A stretch of DNA of 61,975 nucleotides, counting the filler. It is 7 parts of 7 records of this genome, joined end to end, with 100 filler letters (N's around TTAATTAATTAA, not from the genome) between each part and the next. Parts side by side here need not be neighbours in the genome. Positions count along the whole stretch, not along the records: positions 43,429 to 52,989 come from SRR31147125_23813; positions 53,090 to 61,975 come from SRR31147125_23825; 5 more parts are not named here. One strand, given 5' to 3'. The position numbers were made by a program, and so were the translations under genes. Below are positions 50,693 to 61,871 of the stretch, piece after piece. Every line of letters starts with the position of its first letter. Position 1 is the first letter of the stretch. The notes under the pieces were generated by a model. That model was not told the origin of the DNA, ran no database searches, and saw nothing but the letters and a program-made list of their open reading frames with translations.

Positions 50693-51239
50693 GGTTAATA
50701 AATTTAATGATAAGCCCAAACTTAGATTAGCAAAACAAGAAGATATCAATGGTATACTGGAAATAGAAAAAGCGTGCTTTGCTCTTGAAATTTGTGAAAG
50801 TGAAGAGGTGTTCTTGGAGAGGATAGATGTGTTTTGCGACGGTTTTTACGTTCTTGAAATTAATCATCAAATTATTGGCTACATATCCACTGAACTGTGG
50901 GATTATAGAGCGGAGATAAACCCAAATATATTTGAACTAGGTCACTCGATTAAAGAGGTTCACACTCTTCTAGGAAATGAACTTTACATTTCTTCAATGG
51001 GATTACTTCCTCAGTATAGAGGAAATGGATTAGGAAGCTTACTATTTGAAGATAGTATAAGGGCGATACAGAAAAAGTTTACGCAGATTAACTTCCAAGT
51101 TTTAATAGTATCAGAAGAATGGAAAAAAGCTGTAAATATATATAAAGGAAATAATTTTAAGGAGATTATGCGTTTAGAGAATTTTTTTGAGTTTAATAAC
51201 CATAAAGAAAGTGCACTTGTTATGAGGAAAGAGTTATAG
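50682..51239 (+). CDS. GNAT N-acetyltransferase
   Basis: LEIEKACF, YISSMGLLPQYRGNGLG. Confidence 0.88.
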   Translation: MWFKVNKFNDKPKLRLAKQEDINGILEIEKACFALEICESEEVFLERIDVFCDGFYVLEINHQIIGYISTELWDYRAEINPNIFELGHSIKEVHTLLGNELYISSMGLLPQYRGNGLGSLLFEDSIRAIQKKFTQINFQVLIVSEEWKKAVNIYKGNNFKEIMRLENFFEFNNHKESALVMRKEL

Positions 51240-51287
51240 AAAGCTTTGTTAAAATAAATTTAAGCAGAGAGAAAGGAGTGTATTAAA

Positions 51288-51734
51288 ATGGCTGTTTATA
51301 CAAAGAAAAAAACTTATAATCTAAAAGGTAGAATGAGTACGGATCTACTGGACGATGATATTAGAAGATTTGTTAAGGAGAGTGGAATAAAAGAAGGATA
51401 CGTAATGGTATTTGTAGCAGGTTGTGTAGCAGCACTCATGGTAAATGAAGATGAACCTGGTGTTAGAGGAGCTGATTTGAGACACTTATTTGATAAAGCT
51501 ATGGGTATCCCTTACGGTGACGGCTTTGCAGATGGAACTCCATATAAACACCATGAGATGTGGCACGATGATAATGGTGCAAGTCACTTAAGATCAATGT
51601 TGTTACAACACTCATTATCAATACCAGTACTAGATGGAGAAGTCCTCTTAGGCCCTTGGCAGAATGTATTTTTAGTTGAGTGTGATACTGGTCCAAGAAC
51701 TAGAACTCTTTGGTATCAAGTGCAAGGCGAATGA
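51288..51734 (+). CDS. YjbQ/UPF0047 family protein
   Basis: NEDEPG, YKHH...NGASHLRS, LGPWQ...ECD. Confidence 0.9.
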   Translation: MAVYTKKKTYNLKGRMSTDLLDDDIRRFVKESGIKEGYVMVFVAGCVAALMVNEDEPGVRGADLRHLFDKAMGIPYGDGFADGTPYKHHEMWHDDNGASHLRSMLLQHSLSIPVLDGEVLLGPWQNVFLVECDTGPRTRTLWYQVQGE

Positions 51735-51894
51735 GAGAAAATAATAAAAAGGGATATTATATATCACCATGAAACAGAATAAACCAAAGTTTATTGAGTT
51801 TATGGTGAGATAGATAAATTAGCTGAGACAATCAGAATAAAAAAAGAGAATATAAATATCTGTAAACAGATATTCACTTTTAATAAAGAAAACA

Positions 51895-52458
51895 ATGGAG
51901 AGAGAAATGAATATAATAATTAGAAGACCATCGAAATATGAACAGGAAAAAATAAACCAATTTTTCAAATATGTGGTAACAGATACTTTCGAGCAAAATG
52001 AAATAATGAAATATAAGGATGTTATGTTAGAAGAGATTGAGTCTAAGCAAAGAAGTTTAGCTGAAGATTTTGATACAGGTGGAAGAAAGAAATTTTTCTT
52101 AGTTGCAGTTTGTGGTAGTGAGATAATAGGAACTGCTGCCACAGGTATTGCAAATGAACGGATAGAAATAATAAGTGAAAACAAGTATACTGGAATGAAT
52201 GAGCTTGGTTCAGTTTTAATAAATCCGAATTATCAAAAACGAGGTGTTGTAAATAAACTATTGGCAAAACTCTTTGAAGAGTTGATTAATAGGGAAATTG
52301 AAGAGATATGTTTTGATAGTGGCTATGAAATTGCTCAAAAAGTTTGGACTAAGAAATTTGGCTCTCCAGAATACTTCATGAAAGATTATTGGGGAGAGGA
52401 TGCTCATCATATGGTTTGGAAAATTAACATTAAAGATGAACTAGAAAAGTTGAGATAA
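51895..52458 (+). CDS. GNAT N-acetyltransferase
   Basis: ELGSVLINPNYQKRG, DSGYEIAQKVWTKKFG. Confidence 0.88.
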   Translation: MEREMNIIIRRPSKYEQEKINQFFKYVVTDTFEQNEIMKYKDVMLEEIESKQRSLAEDFDTGGRKKFFLVAVCGSEIIGTAATGIANERIEIISENKYTGMNELGSVLINPNYQKRGVVNKLLAKLFEELINREIEEICFDSGYEIAQKVWTKKFGSPEYFMKDYWGEDAHHMVWKINIKDELEKLR

Positions 52459-52582
52459 CAAGTTTTAAATTAATAAATTAACTTGTTATGTTATAAGGCA
52501 TTTTATGATATAATGAGTTTTGTTAGTAAAAATTTGCTAGCAAATGAAGATGAAGTTTCGAGTATCAGAAGGAGATTTTTTA

Positions 52583-52989
52583 ATGACAAATAAAATGACA
52601 GTTTATAACAATAACTCGTTTATCTATTATTTAGGAGTTGCTTGTTATGCTTACGCAGCAAACAATTTATTAGGACATATCGCAGCATTAGTCTTTGGAG
52701 TGTATCTATTCTTTAAAAGAGGAAAAATGAAGATTGAAGAGAACCAGTTAGTTATATCATCTAAAGATGGTGATGATATAGTTAAGATAGAAGAGATTGC
52801 TGAGGCATATAAGTATAGATGGAAAAAAAGAGCTAAAATTATGATTAAGTTGAAGACAGGAAAAGAGATTGAATTTCCTAAGAGAGATCCACTAGTTTCT
52901 AAAAATGTGGACATTGCAGTAGAAATTATCAACAATATCATGCAAAATAAACCAGTAAATGGGGAAAAACTAATCAGTTTAAACAAAAA
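52583..52989 (+). CDS. Hypothetical membrane protein (3' truncated)
   Basis: RBS AAGGAG, two short TM segments then soluble domain. Confidence 0.6.
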
Positions 52990-53089
52990 NNNNNNNNNNN
53001 NNNNNNNNNNNNNNNNNNNNNNNNNNNNNNNNNTTAATTAATTAANNNNNNNNNNNNNNNNNNNNNNNNNNNNNNNNNNNNNNNNNNNN
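52990..53089. other. Artificial contig spacer
   Basis: N-run with TTAATTAATTAA. Confidence 0.98.
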
Positions 53090-53234
53090 AAAAAAAGCAC
53101 TTTAAAGTTCAATCAAATGAACTCTAATGTGCCAATGTTATGATCTTTATGTGGGATTCCACTCCATAAACACTGCTCATTTTAATTTAGATAATGATAT
53201 TAAATCTTACGCACTTTAGCAAGTCTTATTTGGT

Positions 53235-53717
53235 ATGACAAATCCTGGATACCATTTGTCACGGATATTTAACAGGAAAATATCATCCGGAAGTAAGTAC
53301 TGGTACATACTCCGGGATGGTAAAAATATTGTAGGATTGTTCCGTGACAACAGCGGTTCCAAACGACTGATTCGAGCTTTTAGTACAGATAATGGCCGAA
53401 GCTGGAGCGATCTTGTCAGAACGAACTTTCCGGATGCTCAAAGTAAGTTTAATGTTGTACGCACATCACGTGATTACTATGTACTGGTTTCAAATGCGAA
53501 CCCACAGCGCCGTGATCCGCTCACTTTATCCATCAGTCGGGATGGCCTGGTTTACACCAAAATGTTTTATCTGGTAGGGGGACGGCATATCGATTATCCA
53601 CACATCATTGAGAATGATAAAAGCCTTTATATCTCATTTTCAGGAGCCAAACAGACGCTTGAAGTGCTGAAGGTAGACCTGGACGACCTGGATAAACTAA
53701 TGATGTCATCCAAATAA
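53235..53717 (+). pseudogene. C-terminal fragment of a BNR/Asp-box sialidase-like protein
   Basis: STDNGRSW and SRDGLVY Asp boxes, RDPLTL, DYPH; too short for a full beta-propeller. Confidence 0.6.
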
Positions 53718-53974
53718 GTGGATGAAATTGTGATATTAAACAAAAAGGGTGGAGGCAAGAGTTAGTTCTATCTAATGGTATTCGATAGCAAGATTCACTG
53801 CTTTTCAATGTTTGCTTGATTCAGTCAAGTGCGTTTTTCACCCTGTCTGCACATGCGTATTGCATGAACAAAATGATCGCCATCTTTGAGACCGCAGTAG
53901 GAAGAGTCACTTATTTTATGTTGCCGGTTTATACTTGATTTCTCAAAAAAAATATTTTATTCGAGATATTTTCC

Positions 53975-54031
53975 TTGACTTTGTTACAAGATATCAGTTA
54001 ATTTAATTAACTGGTTGTATATACAACCAGT
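53975..54031 (+). promoter_or_regulatory. Promoter with GntR/FadR-type operator
   Basis: TTGACT(53975)...TAATTT(53999); perfect 22-bp palindrome ACTGGTTGTATATACAACCAGT (54010-54031). Confidence 0.75.
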
Positions 54032-54239
54032 CATTTATTACTATTACTTTAGACCCAAAACTGTAACAGCCCACATTTTTGCATCATTTATATTTTAGAT
54101 AAATTTTTACTATAGTTGAATGAGTCGAACTCACATTGCGTCAGAATTATCTATATCTTTTCTTTTTCTTTATTAAAAGTTAACAATAAATCATTATAAT
54201 TTTTTAATTGTTAGGCATGGAATTAAACGTAGGAACGCT

Positions 54240-57122
54240 ATGAACGCACAACATGTTTTCCGCTCAATTTTAATCCTTATGCTTTTAGGATTTATGACGA
54301 CTGCCATACCAGGTACCACAGGTAAGATTGCCGGTCGTGTTATAGATTCTGAAAGCGGCCAGGGATTGCCTGGAGTAAATGTAATTTTAATGGGCACAAA
54401 CACTGGCTCTGCAACGGATGCCGATGGCTATTATCGGATTATCAATATATCACCTGGATCCCATGATCTGCGATACTCCATGATTGGTTATGGAATGGTA
54501 ACAGTCAATGGTGTACTTGTGAATATTGACCGCACAACAACACAGAATATTTCATTGTCCACTGAAGTCATTGAAGGTGAGACGATAGTTATTTCAGCAG
54601 ACCGGCCATTGATAGAACGGGACCGCACAAACACAGCGGCATACGTGAGTTCGGAAACCATCAATGATTTGCCTGTTCAGGAAGTATCCGAGATTATTCA
54701 ATTACAAGCTGGTGTGGTAACGGGTTCCAGCGGAGAATTACATTTTAGAGGAGGCCGTGAGCGTGAGGTTGCCTATCTTATTGATGGTATCTCTGTGTCA
54801 AATGCCTTTTCTCAATCCGGTGGAAGTAATGTCGCTATTGAAAACTCAATGATCAAAGAACTTCAGGTCATTAGTGGAACATTTAATGCCGAATACGGTT
54901 CAGCCCAATCCGGTATTATCAATGTTGTTACAAAAAATCCGGAAAAAGAATTTCACGGTCAGGTTCAATTCTTTTCAGGAGACTATATCAGTAACAACAC
55001 AGACCGATTTATTGGCATTGATAAAATAAACGCATTAAACGAATACGATTTTCAGGCGACTCTATCTGGCCCGTTATTTCACAAATCTCTTGGTTTTTTT
55101 GCAACGGCACGTTATAACAATGATGATGGGTATCTAAATGGAGAACGAAGGTACAACCAGGAAGATGGCTGGGCAATAGATGCCTACAGGCACTGGTTCA
55201 CGCAGCGATATGCCGGCCAAATTTCAGATGTGGGGCGCATACCCGTACCGGACGAGCTTAAAACCGGCGATTTCGAAAATGTGGCAATGAGTTCAAATGA
55301 AAAACTATCCTTTACCGGTAAAATAAATTTTATTCCTACTCCTACCATTGGCCTTACCTATACACTCATTGCATCCAATAGTGAAGGTCAGGGTTATAAT
55401 GATGACTGGCGATATGCTCCGGATGGTCGAACGAAAGGTTATGGAAATTCATATCACCATTTTCTTGCATTTCGCAATAATCCTTCCCCAAATATGTTTT
55501 ACAATTTACGGGTTTCATCGCAATTTAATCATTCTGAATCTTATCTCTATGACGACGCAAAGGTGGCTGAATATCCAGGAGATAGCGGCTATTTACCTCT
55601 TGGAGCCACTGATGATCAAACTGGTTTTGTACAGGGAGATAACCAGTGGGGCAAAGGGTATACTGACCGAAACGTTCTCGTTGTGAATGGAGATATCAAT
55701 TGGCAAATTGATAAATATAATTTTATAAAGGTTGGATTTGAAGCGAAACAGCATGATATTCATTATAATAATCGACCTTTGGTAGAAACCGAATTATGGA
55801 AGAGTTATAAATACACCAATGCCATCAGTGGTAAAGGATTAGATTTTGATGAGTATTGGGATCTTATGGACGACTATTGGAGAAATTGGTCTGATTTATA
55901 TGATTCTCCCAAACTCCGGTTAGCTAAAAAGACAGACGGAAACTATATTGATTATGACAGAACACCTTTGGAAGCGAGCGTCTATATACAGGATAAAGTT
56001 GAATTGGGCGAACTCGTTCTTAATGCTGGACTTCGCTGGGATGCCTTTAAACCCAATTCAAAAACATTGGTGAATAAAAGAACTCTCTCCAACGATATTG
56101 GAGAAGATACAAACCTGAAAGAATCCGAAATTAAACAACAACTCAGCCCACGAATTGGATTTTCTTTTCCAATTTCCAATGAGGGTGCATTCCATGTTTC
56201 CTATGGGCACTTTTTTCAGATGCCAAGTTTTTCAAAGCTTTTTGAACGGCCTGTAGACGAGACGATGACGCCTCTGTTATTAGAGGATGCCCGTCTAGGT
56301 GATCCTGACCTGGAACCGGAAAGAACCATTGCTTACGAAATAGGCTTGCAGCAACAACTTAATTATGAATTTGCACTTGACCTGACTCTTTTCTATAAAG
56401 ATATTCGTAATCAGTTAGGTCTGGAAGCCGTCAAAACCGCCGATGCTGTTGGTTATACGCGTTATGTTAACAGAGACTATGGCAATATTAAAGGTTTTAC
56501 GTTGGCTTTTGAAAAGCTTCGCACTGGTTTATTTTCCGGTGGGATTGATTATACTTTTCAATATTCAAAAGGTAGTGCTTCAAGCCCTGACTTTTTACAA
56601 TTAATAGAGCTAGCTTCCCGGCTTAGCGGAGAATCGGTTCAGTTCCCGGAACGACAAATATTACCGTTGGATTGGGATCAGCGCCACACTGTGAATGTAA
56701 ATATGAGTCTTACAAAACCAGATAATTGGGCTATAAGCTTAATCGGAAAATGGGGTAGTGGATTGCCTTATTCACCATCAAGTGTAGAACAATTACAGCT
56801 ACCTGATCGGGAATTTAAAAACAGTGCAAGAAAACCCATATCCTATAATCTGGATGTAAAAGCAAGAAAACAATTCAAAATCGGAAATTTTAACTATTCG
56901 GTTTTTTTACGAATTTACAATTTACTTGATCATTTAAATGAAAACAGTGTTTATTCTGTAACAGGAAGAGCCACTGAAAATGCAAGATTACCCGGAGATC
57001 AGGCAATTCAACTGGAAATGCTGCAACGAGGCGGGCAATTTACCATGGATGAATGGGATAATCGCCCCAGCTGGTTTTCCAGACCACGTCAGGTCCAAAT
57101 GGGATTATCCATGCGTTTTTAG
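54240..57122 (+). CDS. TonB-dependent receptor with N-terminal carboxypeptidase-regulatory-like domain
   Basis: GTTGKIAGRVID, RGGR..E..YLIDG, FNAEYG..SGIINVVTK plug, SPRIGFSFPI, C-terminal F. Confidence 0.93.
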   Translation: MNAQHVFRSILILMLLGFMTTAIPGTTGKIAGRVIDSESGQGLPGVNVILMGTNTGSATDADGYYRIINISPGSHDLRYSMIGYGMVTVNGVLVNIDRTTTQNISLSTEVIEGETIVISADRPLIERDRTNTAAYVSSETINDLPVQEVSEIIQLQAGVVTGSSGELHFRGGREREVAYLIDGISVSNAFSQSGGSNVAIENSMIKELQVISGTFNAEYGSAQSGIINVVTKNPEKEFHGQVQFFSGDYISNNTDRFIGIDKINALNEYDFQATLSGPLFHKSLGFFATARYNNDDGYLNGERRYNQEDGWAIDAYRHWFTQRYAGQISDVGRIPVPDELKTGDFENVAMSSNEKLSFTGKINFIPTPTIGLTYTLIASNSEGQGYNDDWRYAPDGRTKGYGNSYHHFLAFRNNPSPNMFYNLRVSSQFNHSESYLYDDAKVAEYPGDSGYLPLGATDDQTGFVQGDNQWGKGYTDRNVLVVNGDINWQIDKYNFIKVGFEAKQHDIHYNNRPLVETELWKSYKYTNAISGKGLDFDEYWDLMDDYWRNWSDLYDSPKLRLAKKTDGNYIDYDRTPLEASVYIQDKVELGELVLNAGLRWDAFKPNSKTLVNKRTLSNDIGEDTNLKESEIKQQLSPRIGFSFPISNEGAFHVSYGHFFQMPSFSKLFERPVDETMTPLLLEDARLGDPDLEPERTIAYEIGLQQQLNYEFALDLTLFYKDIRNQLGLEAVKTADAVGYTRYVNRDYGNIKGFTLAFEKLRTGLFSGGIDYTFQYSKGSASSPDFLQLIELASRLSGESVQFPERQILPLDWDQRHTVNVNMSLTKPDNWAISLIGKWGSGLPYSPSSVEQLQLPDREFKNSARKPISYNLDVKARKQFKIGNFNYSVFLRIYNLLDHLNENSVYSVTGRATENARLPGDQAIQLEMLQRGGQFTMDEWDNRPSWFSRPRQVQMGLSMRF

Positions 57123-57190
57123 TAAAGAATTAAAAAGAAAACAAACTCCATTATAACAGAAAAGAGAACTTTTTAAAAAAGGAAACGGCA

Positions 57191-60100
57191 TTGAGAGTTA
57201 AAACGAGAACAAAACTGGTCATCGCATTTTTGATGAGTCTTTTTCTGATTCTATTTTCCGGCTCTATACAGGCTGAGGAGGAATCAGTTAAAGCCCAGTA
57301 TCCAAAAGATAATAGCTCCGCTGGTTTAAGCTGGGTAAATAGCCGAGACTTTTCTTCGAGCTTGTTTAAATCAATGGCTGATGAAGGTTGGCAGAGATAT
57401 ATTCGACTTTCAAAGCATGATGGTAATTTGGTTGAAACCGGTTGGGTGAACCAGGGACAGCTTGCAGATGGCTATATCAGTGGACCATCCTGGCCAATGA
57501 CATGGCCAAAAGGTACTGGTGTGGAATATGGTTATGCTTTTGTATTTTTTGTGGCCGGAGAGGTGACTGACGCAAACGGGAATCTGATCCACATTGTCTC
57601 GGATCGTTTTCACCGAGGTGATCTTGAGCAATCTCCGGACAAGAGTCACTGGTATGATTTTAAACCCTTGCCTTATTATTTTAATAATCACCATTTGTCA
57701 ACAGACGAATGGGATATCGGTGGTATTACTGAGGATGTTGGAGTGGATGGTGTTCCAAACACCAATGATTTTGGCGAGGGTGATGGTGAACTTCAATTAG
57801 CTGAAGATTTTAATCGAAATGGTGTACTCGATAATAGCCTGGTTAATGTGACAGAATGGGCTGCAATGAGTCATCTTCGGGAAACATGGCCAACATGGTG
57901 GCCGGCACAGAGCTATGCTGGTGATGATCGTGCCGTTGGCGAACAGCGACCAGGTCCGGCAGCCGGACGCTGGAATGGAGAATACGGTTATTATATTCGT
58001 GCTGATCAGGAATCATACTATGTTATGGATGATCACGAAAATGATGAATTTGAATATTATCCTTTTGTGCTTCCTGGAACGGATCAGCCGGATGATCGTC
58101 CCTGGCCTGAAGGCAGACGGGGATTGGGTATTACAGTTGAAGTTCGTAATTACCAATGGGTCGCACGATTGGCCGAAGATATTATGATCTCAATTTATGA
58201 TATTACCAATTATGGTAAAAAACTTAATAAAGTGGTTGTTGGAATGTACAGCGACGTGGATGTTGGTGGCAGTAGTGGTGGTGATGATGCTGACTTTGAC
58301 GTGGTTGATGATATTACCTATGTGTGGGATAAAACCGGTCTGGCCAGTCAGGGATTACCAACAGGTTATTTTGGTTTTGCCTTTTTGGAAAGTCCGGGCT
58401 TGTCAGAAAACAGAAAAGATGACGATGACGATGGTATGGTCGATGAGAGCCAGTACAATTTGATTGATGAGGATAATGACTGGCGAACATGGGAAGATGT
58501 CAATGGTAACGGTGTGTGGGATAATGAGGATGTCAACTTTAACGGTGAACTAGATGCTAGTGAAGATCTGAATGAAAATGGTAAACTGGATATTGAGCCT
58601 GTTTGGGATGATGTCGGAAATGATGGTATCGGACCCGAAGATGAGGGCTATGCAGGTCCTGATGCAAATGGCAGTGAAGCGAACGGGGTACCAGATCAAA
58701 ATGAGCCAAATTTCGGCAGTGCGGATAATGACGAGTCCGATCAGGTTGGTTTAACCTCCTGGTATCTTAAGGATGTGGACAGCCGTGTCGGAATGGACGA
58801 AGAATTCTGGGAAGTTGAACTTCAACCCGGAACATTTGAAATAGACGAAGAATATACACGCGATGTGGCCTTTGATTATGGTTCCGGATTTATTGAGATT
58901 GAACCGGGAAGAAAGGGAACACAGCGTTATGCTATTGCCTGTTTGTTTGGTAATGATGAAAATGATATCTTCCGTAATAAACGGACAATGCAAAAAATAT
59001 ATGATTCGGATTACAACTTTTCAAAACCGCCTCGCCTTCCGGTTTTATCAACCATTGTAAGCGATCAGAGGGTAGTACTCATGTGGGACGATGGTGCTGA
59101 AAAATCCAAAGATCCTATTTATGGTCAGGATTTTGAAATGTACAAAATATACAAAAGTACAGATCCCAATTTTAGTGACATCAAAACGATTTCTGACGCT
59201 TTTGGGAATCCCTTATTGTTTGAACCATTAGCACAATTTGATTTAAAAGATGGATTATTTGGTCCTCATCCTATTCCTATAGGTGGTGGTGCCGAATCTA
59301 ATGGACTCGACCTTGGTGTTTCCTATGATATGGGAACAGACAGTGATCTTCGCCACACCTTTGTGGATACAAATCTGACAAATGGCCGAACATATTATTA
59401 TGCGGTAGTTGCAGTCGACAAAGGATATGATTTCGATTTTTTTGAAAAAGGTTTAACGGATAGGCCCAATTTAGCACCAAACAGCCCAACAGAATGTTCA
59501 GCTGTAATTCAAACCGATCCATTAGGTAGACCTATGTTTATCGGTCGGAATTGCGCTGTTGTTGTGCCGGTTGAGCCTTCAGCCGGTTATGTTAAACCAC
59601 AAGCAGAATCCGGGGTTGAGCATGTTTCAGGTATCGGAACCGGTACTGTTGGAATTGAAGTCATGATTCCCGATAGTATAAAACAGGACCACTCTTATCG
59701 ACTCGAGTTTCAAGATGATGCTTCCATTGAGGAATTTGATGATTTTTACAAGACAGGTATGACAAAAGGAGCCGTGCTGGTTGATGAAACTTCTGGCGAT
59801 ACTCTTTTAGCTGCGGATTTCGATATCAGCGGTTATTCATTGGATGATCAGATCTTTGATGGTTTTAAATTGGTTATGGATAATGATGATTCAATCTCTG
59901 TTGAATGGTCCGGATGGTTTAAAGGACGATCAAATGTTGCCGGTGATCCGCGTGGATATGATCAGCAGACGAGAGCCATTCCCAGGGACTATGAGGTAAG
60001 GGTTTTGGATATAGGTGCTGATACATCCTACTCAGCCGTACCCGGTCGTGATAAAACCACAAATTTTACATTAATGGATGTTACAGATCCGGACAGTATA

Positions 60101-60736
60101 TTTAATGCTGTTTTTGGTTTCACCGATTTTGCTGAAGATCCTGATTCATTAATAGGTATTCTCAGTCACGGTGATGAGATTGCCATCAAAGCAGCTCCAC
60201 TTGTTTATACCGTTGGCGGCGTGGTAAATTATATCTATACTGAAACGTCCTGGCGAATCAAGTTTGCCCTGCCTCGTGGCATGGAACCAGATGCACAGAT
60301 TCTCCCTAAAAATGGTGATATCTTTAAATTCAGTACAAATAAGCCATTTGATCGAAATGATGTGTTTGAATTTAAGATGATCGGTGGAAATGTTGTACTC
60401 GATAAAGGCGAAGATGTTCTGAATAATATTTATACCGTGCCTGATCCTTACATCGCAGCAAGCACATTGGAGCAACGATTGGTGAGACAGGATCTTGGAA
60501 GAGGTGAAAGACGAATCGATTTCGTGAATCTTCCTGCGGATTGTAAAATATCCATTTTTACCAGTTCAGGTCGCCTGGTGAGAGAAATTTTCCACTCATC
60601 CACGGTGGATCGCGGTAGAGAAGCCTGGGATCTTAGAACCAAGGATGGTTTGGAAGTCACCCATGGTATTTATTTTTATCATGTTGATGCACCTGGTATT
60701 GGCACAAAAATCGGAAAATTGGCAATTATTAAATAG
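57191..60736 (+). CDS. Large exported Asp-rich protein with FN3-like domain and T9SS-CTD-like C-terminus
   Basis: Signal peptide, DxNxNG repeats, NGRTYYYAVVAVD, IYTVPDPY...WDLRTKDGLEV..GIYFYHV..GK.AIIK. Confidence 0.8.
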   Translation: MRVKTRTKLVIAFLMSLFLILFSGSIQAEEESVKAQYPKDNSSAGLSWVNSRDFSSSLFKSMADEGWQRYIRLSKHDGNLVETGWVNQGQLADGYISGPSWPMTWPKGTGVEYGYAFVFFVAGEVTDANGNLIHIVSDRFHRGDLEQSPDKSHWYDFKPLPYYFNNHHLSTDEWDIGGITEDVGVDGVPNTNDFGEGDGELQLAEDFNRNGVLDNSLVNVTEWAAMSHLRETWPTWWPAQSYAGDDRAVGEQRPGPAAGRWNGEYGYYIRADQESYYVMDDHENDEFEYYPFVLPGTDQPDDRPWPEGRRGLGITVEVRNYQWVARLAEDIMISIYDITNYGKKLNKVVVGMYSDVDVGGSSGGDDADFDVVDDITYVWDKTGLASQGLPTGYFGFAFLESPGLSENRKDDDDDGMVDESQYNLIDEDNDWRTWEDVNGNGVWDNEDVNFNGELDASEDLNENGKLDIEPVWDDVGNDGIGPEDEGYAGPDANGSEANGVPDQNEPNFGSADNDESDQVGLTSWYLKDVDSRVGMDEEFWEVELQPGTFEIDEEYTRDVAFDYGSGFIEIEPGRKGTQRYAIACLFGNDENDIFRNKRTMQKIYDSDYNFSKPPRLPVLSTIVSDQRVVLMWDDGAEKSKDPIYGQDFEMYKIYKSTDPNFSDIKTISDAFGNPLLFEPLAQFDLKDGLFGPHPIPIGGGAESNGLDLGVSYDMGTDSDLRHTFVDTNLTNGRTYYYAVVAVDKGYDFDFFEKGLTDRPNLAPNSPTECSAVIQTDPLGRPMFIGRNCAVVVPVEPSAGYVKPQAESGVEHVSGIGTGTVGIEVMIPDSIKQDHSYRLEFQDDASIEEFDDFYKTGMTKGAVLVDETSGDTLLAADFDISGYSLDDQIFDGFKLVMDNDDSISVEWSGWFKGRSNVAGDPRGYDQQTRAIPRDYEVRVLDIGADTSYSAVPGRDKTTNFTLMDVTDPDSIFNAVFGFTDFAEDPDSLIGILSHGDEIAIKAAPLVYTVGGVVNYIYTETSWRIKFALPRGMEPDAQILPKNGDIFKFSTNKPFDRNDVFEFKMIGGNVVLDKGEDVLNNIYTVPDPYIAASTLEQRLVRQDLGRGERRIDFVNLPADCKISIFTSSGRLVREIFHSSTVDRGREAWDLRTKDGLEVTHGIYFYHVDAPGIGTKIGKLAIIK

Positions 60737-60756
60737 TTCTGGAGCAACTAAAAGCT

Positions 60757-61805
60757 ATGAAAAAATACACATTTGTAATATGTGCCCTGATCACGCTTTG
60801 TATTGGTTCAGCCTGGGCTCAAAAGAAGAGACTCCATTTCAGTTCGTTCAAGACGTTTCTGGAGTGGGCACAAGTGCTGCTACTTTTTTAGAAATTGGTA
60901 TAGGTGCACGTGCAACAGCTTTGGGAGGGGCTTACGCCTCCGTCGCTAATGATGTCAGTGCATTGTATTGGAATCCTGCTGGTATTGCCTGGATAGATGG
61001 AGTCCAAAGCGAGTTTATGCATACGGAATGGCTGGCAAACACCAGTTTTGATTTTGTAGGAATCGTTGTTCCCGTGCCGATGATTCGTTCTTCCTTTGGT
61101 GTCAGTTTTACCAGCCTGGATTATGGTGAGGCTCCGGTAAGAACGGTTGATAGGCCGGAAGGTACTGGAGAGAAATATGGCGCCAGGGACATTGCCATTA
61201 CGCTTTCCTACGCCATGGCCTTAACAGACCGATTCTCTTTTGGACTAAGCGGGAAATATATCAGCCAAAAGATTTGGAGTGAAACAGGTACTGCCGCAGC
61301 CATTGATGTTGGTGTTTATTATAATACCATGCTCAAGGGACTGAAAATTGGAGCCAGCATGAGTAATTTTGGTTCTGAAATCACTTTGGATGGCCGTCAT
61401 TTGACAACTATTGTTGATCCGGATATTCAGGTGGAAAATTTTGACCGGGTACCGGTAAATTACAAGACAGGCGAATATCAACTACCTCTTCTGTTCAGAG
61501 TTGGTATCTCTTACGAACGTGCTTTTGGGAGCCTGGGCAAAGCTTTGTTCGCGGTTGACGTAAATCATCCAAGTAATACCACTGAAAGTATAAATTTGGG
61601 CTTTGAATATGGTTTTGCAAATATGTTCTATTTTAGAAGTGGATATCAAAATATGTTTGAGCGTGATGGCATAAATGGACTCACGCTTGGCGGTGGTGTC
61701 GATTATTATTTGCGAGGCAGAACTGGTATTCGATTGGACTATTCGTGGTCGGATTGGGGGCTTCTTGAAAATGCTCAGCGATTTTCACTGGGTATAAAGT
61801 TTTAA
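60757..61805 (+). CDS. PorV/PorQ-family (UPF0164) beta-barrel; frameshift at A4 60821-60824
   Basis: Signal peptide MKKYTF...SAWA from ATG 60757; GTSAATFLEIGIGARATALGGA, YWNPAG, C-terminal F. Confidence 0.85.
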
Positions 61806-61835
61806 CACCTCTTTATTATTATAAAGCCTGTGTTT

Positions 61836-61871
61836 TGGTTCCAGCTCTTTTCGAGCTGGAACCAATTTTTT
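61836..61871 (+). terminator. Rho-independent terminator
   Basis: TTGGTTCCAGCTC-TTTC-GAGCTGGAACCAA then T-run. Confidence 0.9.

Noticed and set aside
17203-53089. Six identical TTAATTAATTAA elements inside N-runs
   Set aside because: Artificial all-frame-stop contig linkers; genes on either side should not be treated as linked
60645-60756. N-terminal extension of the PorV-like ORF overlapping the upstream gene
   Set aside because: Artefact of the frameshift; the real signal peptide starts at ATG 60757 in another frame
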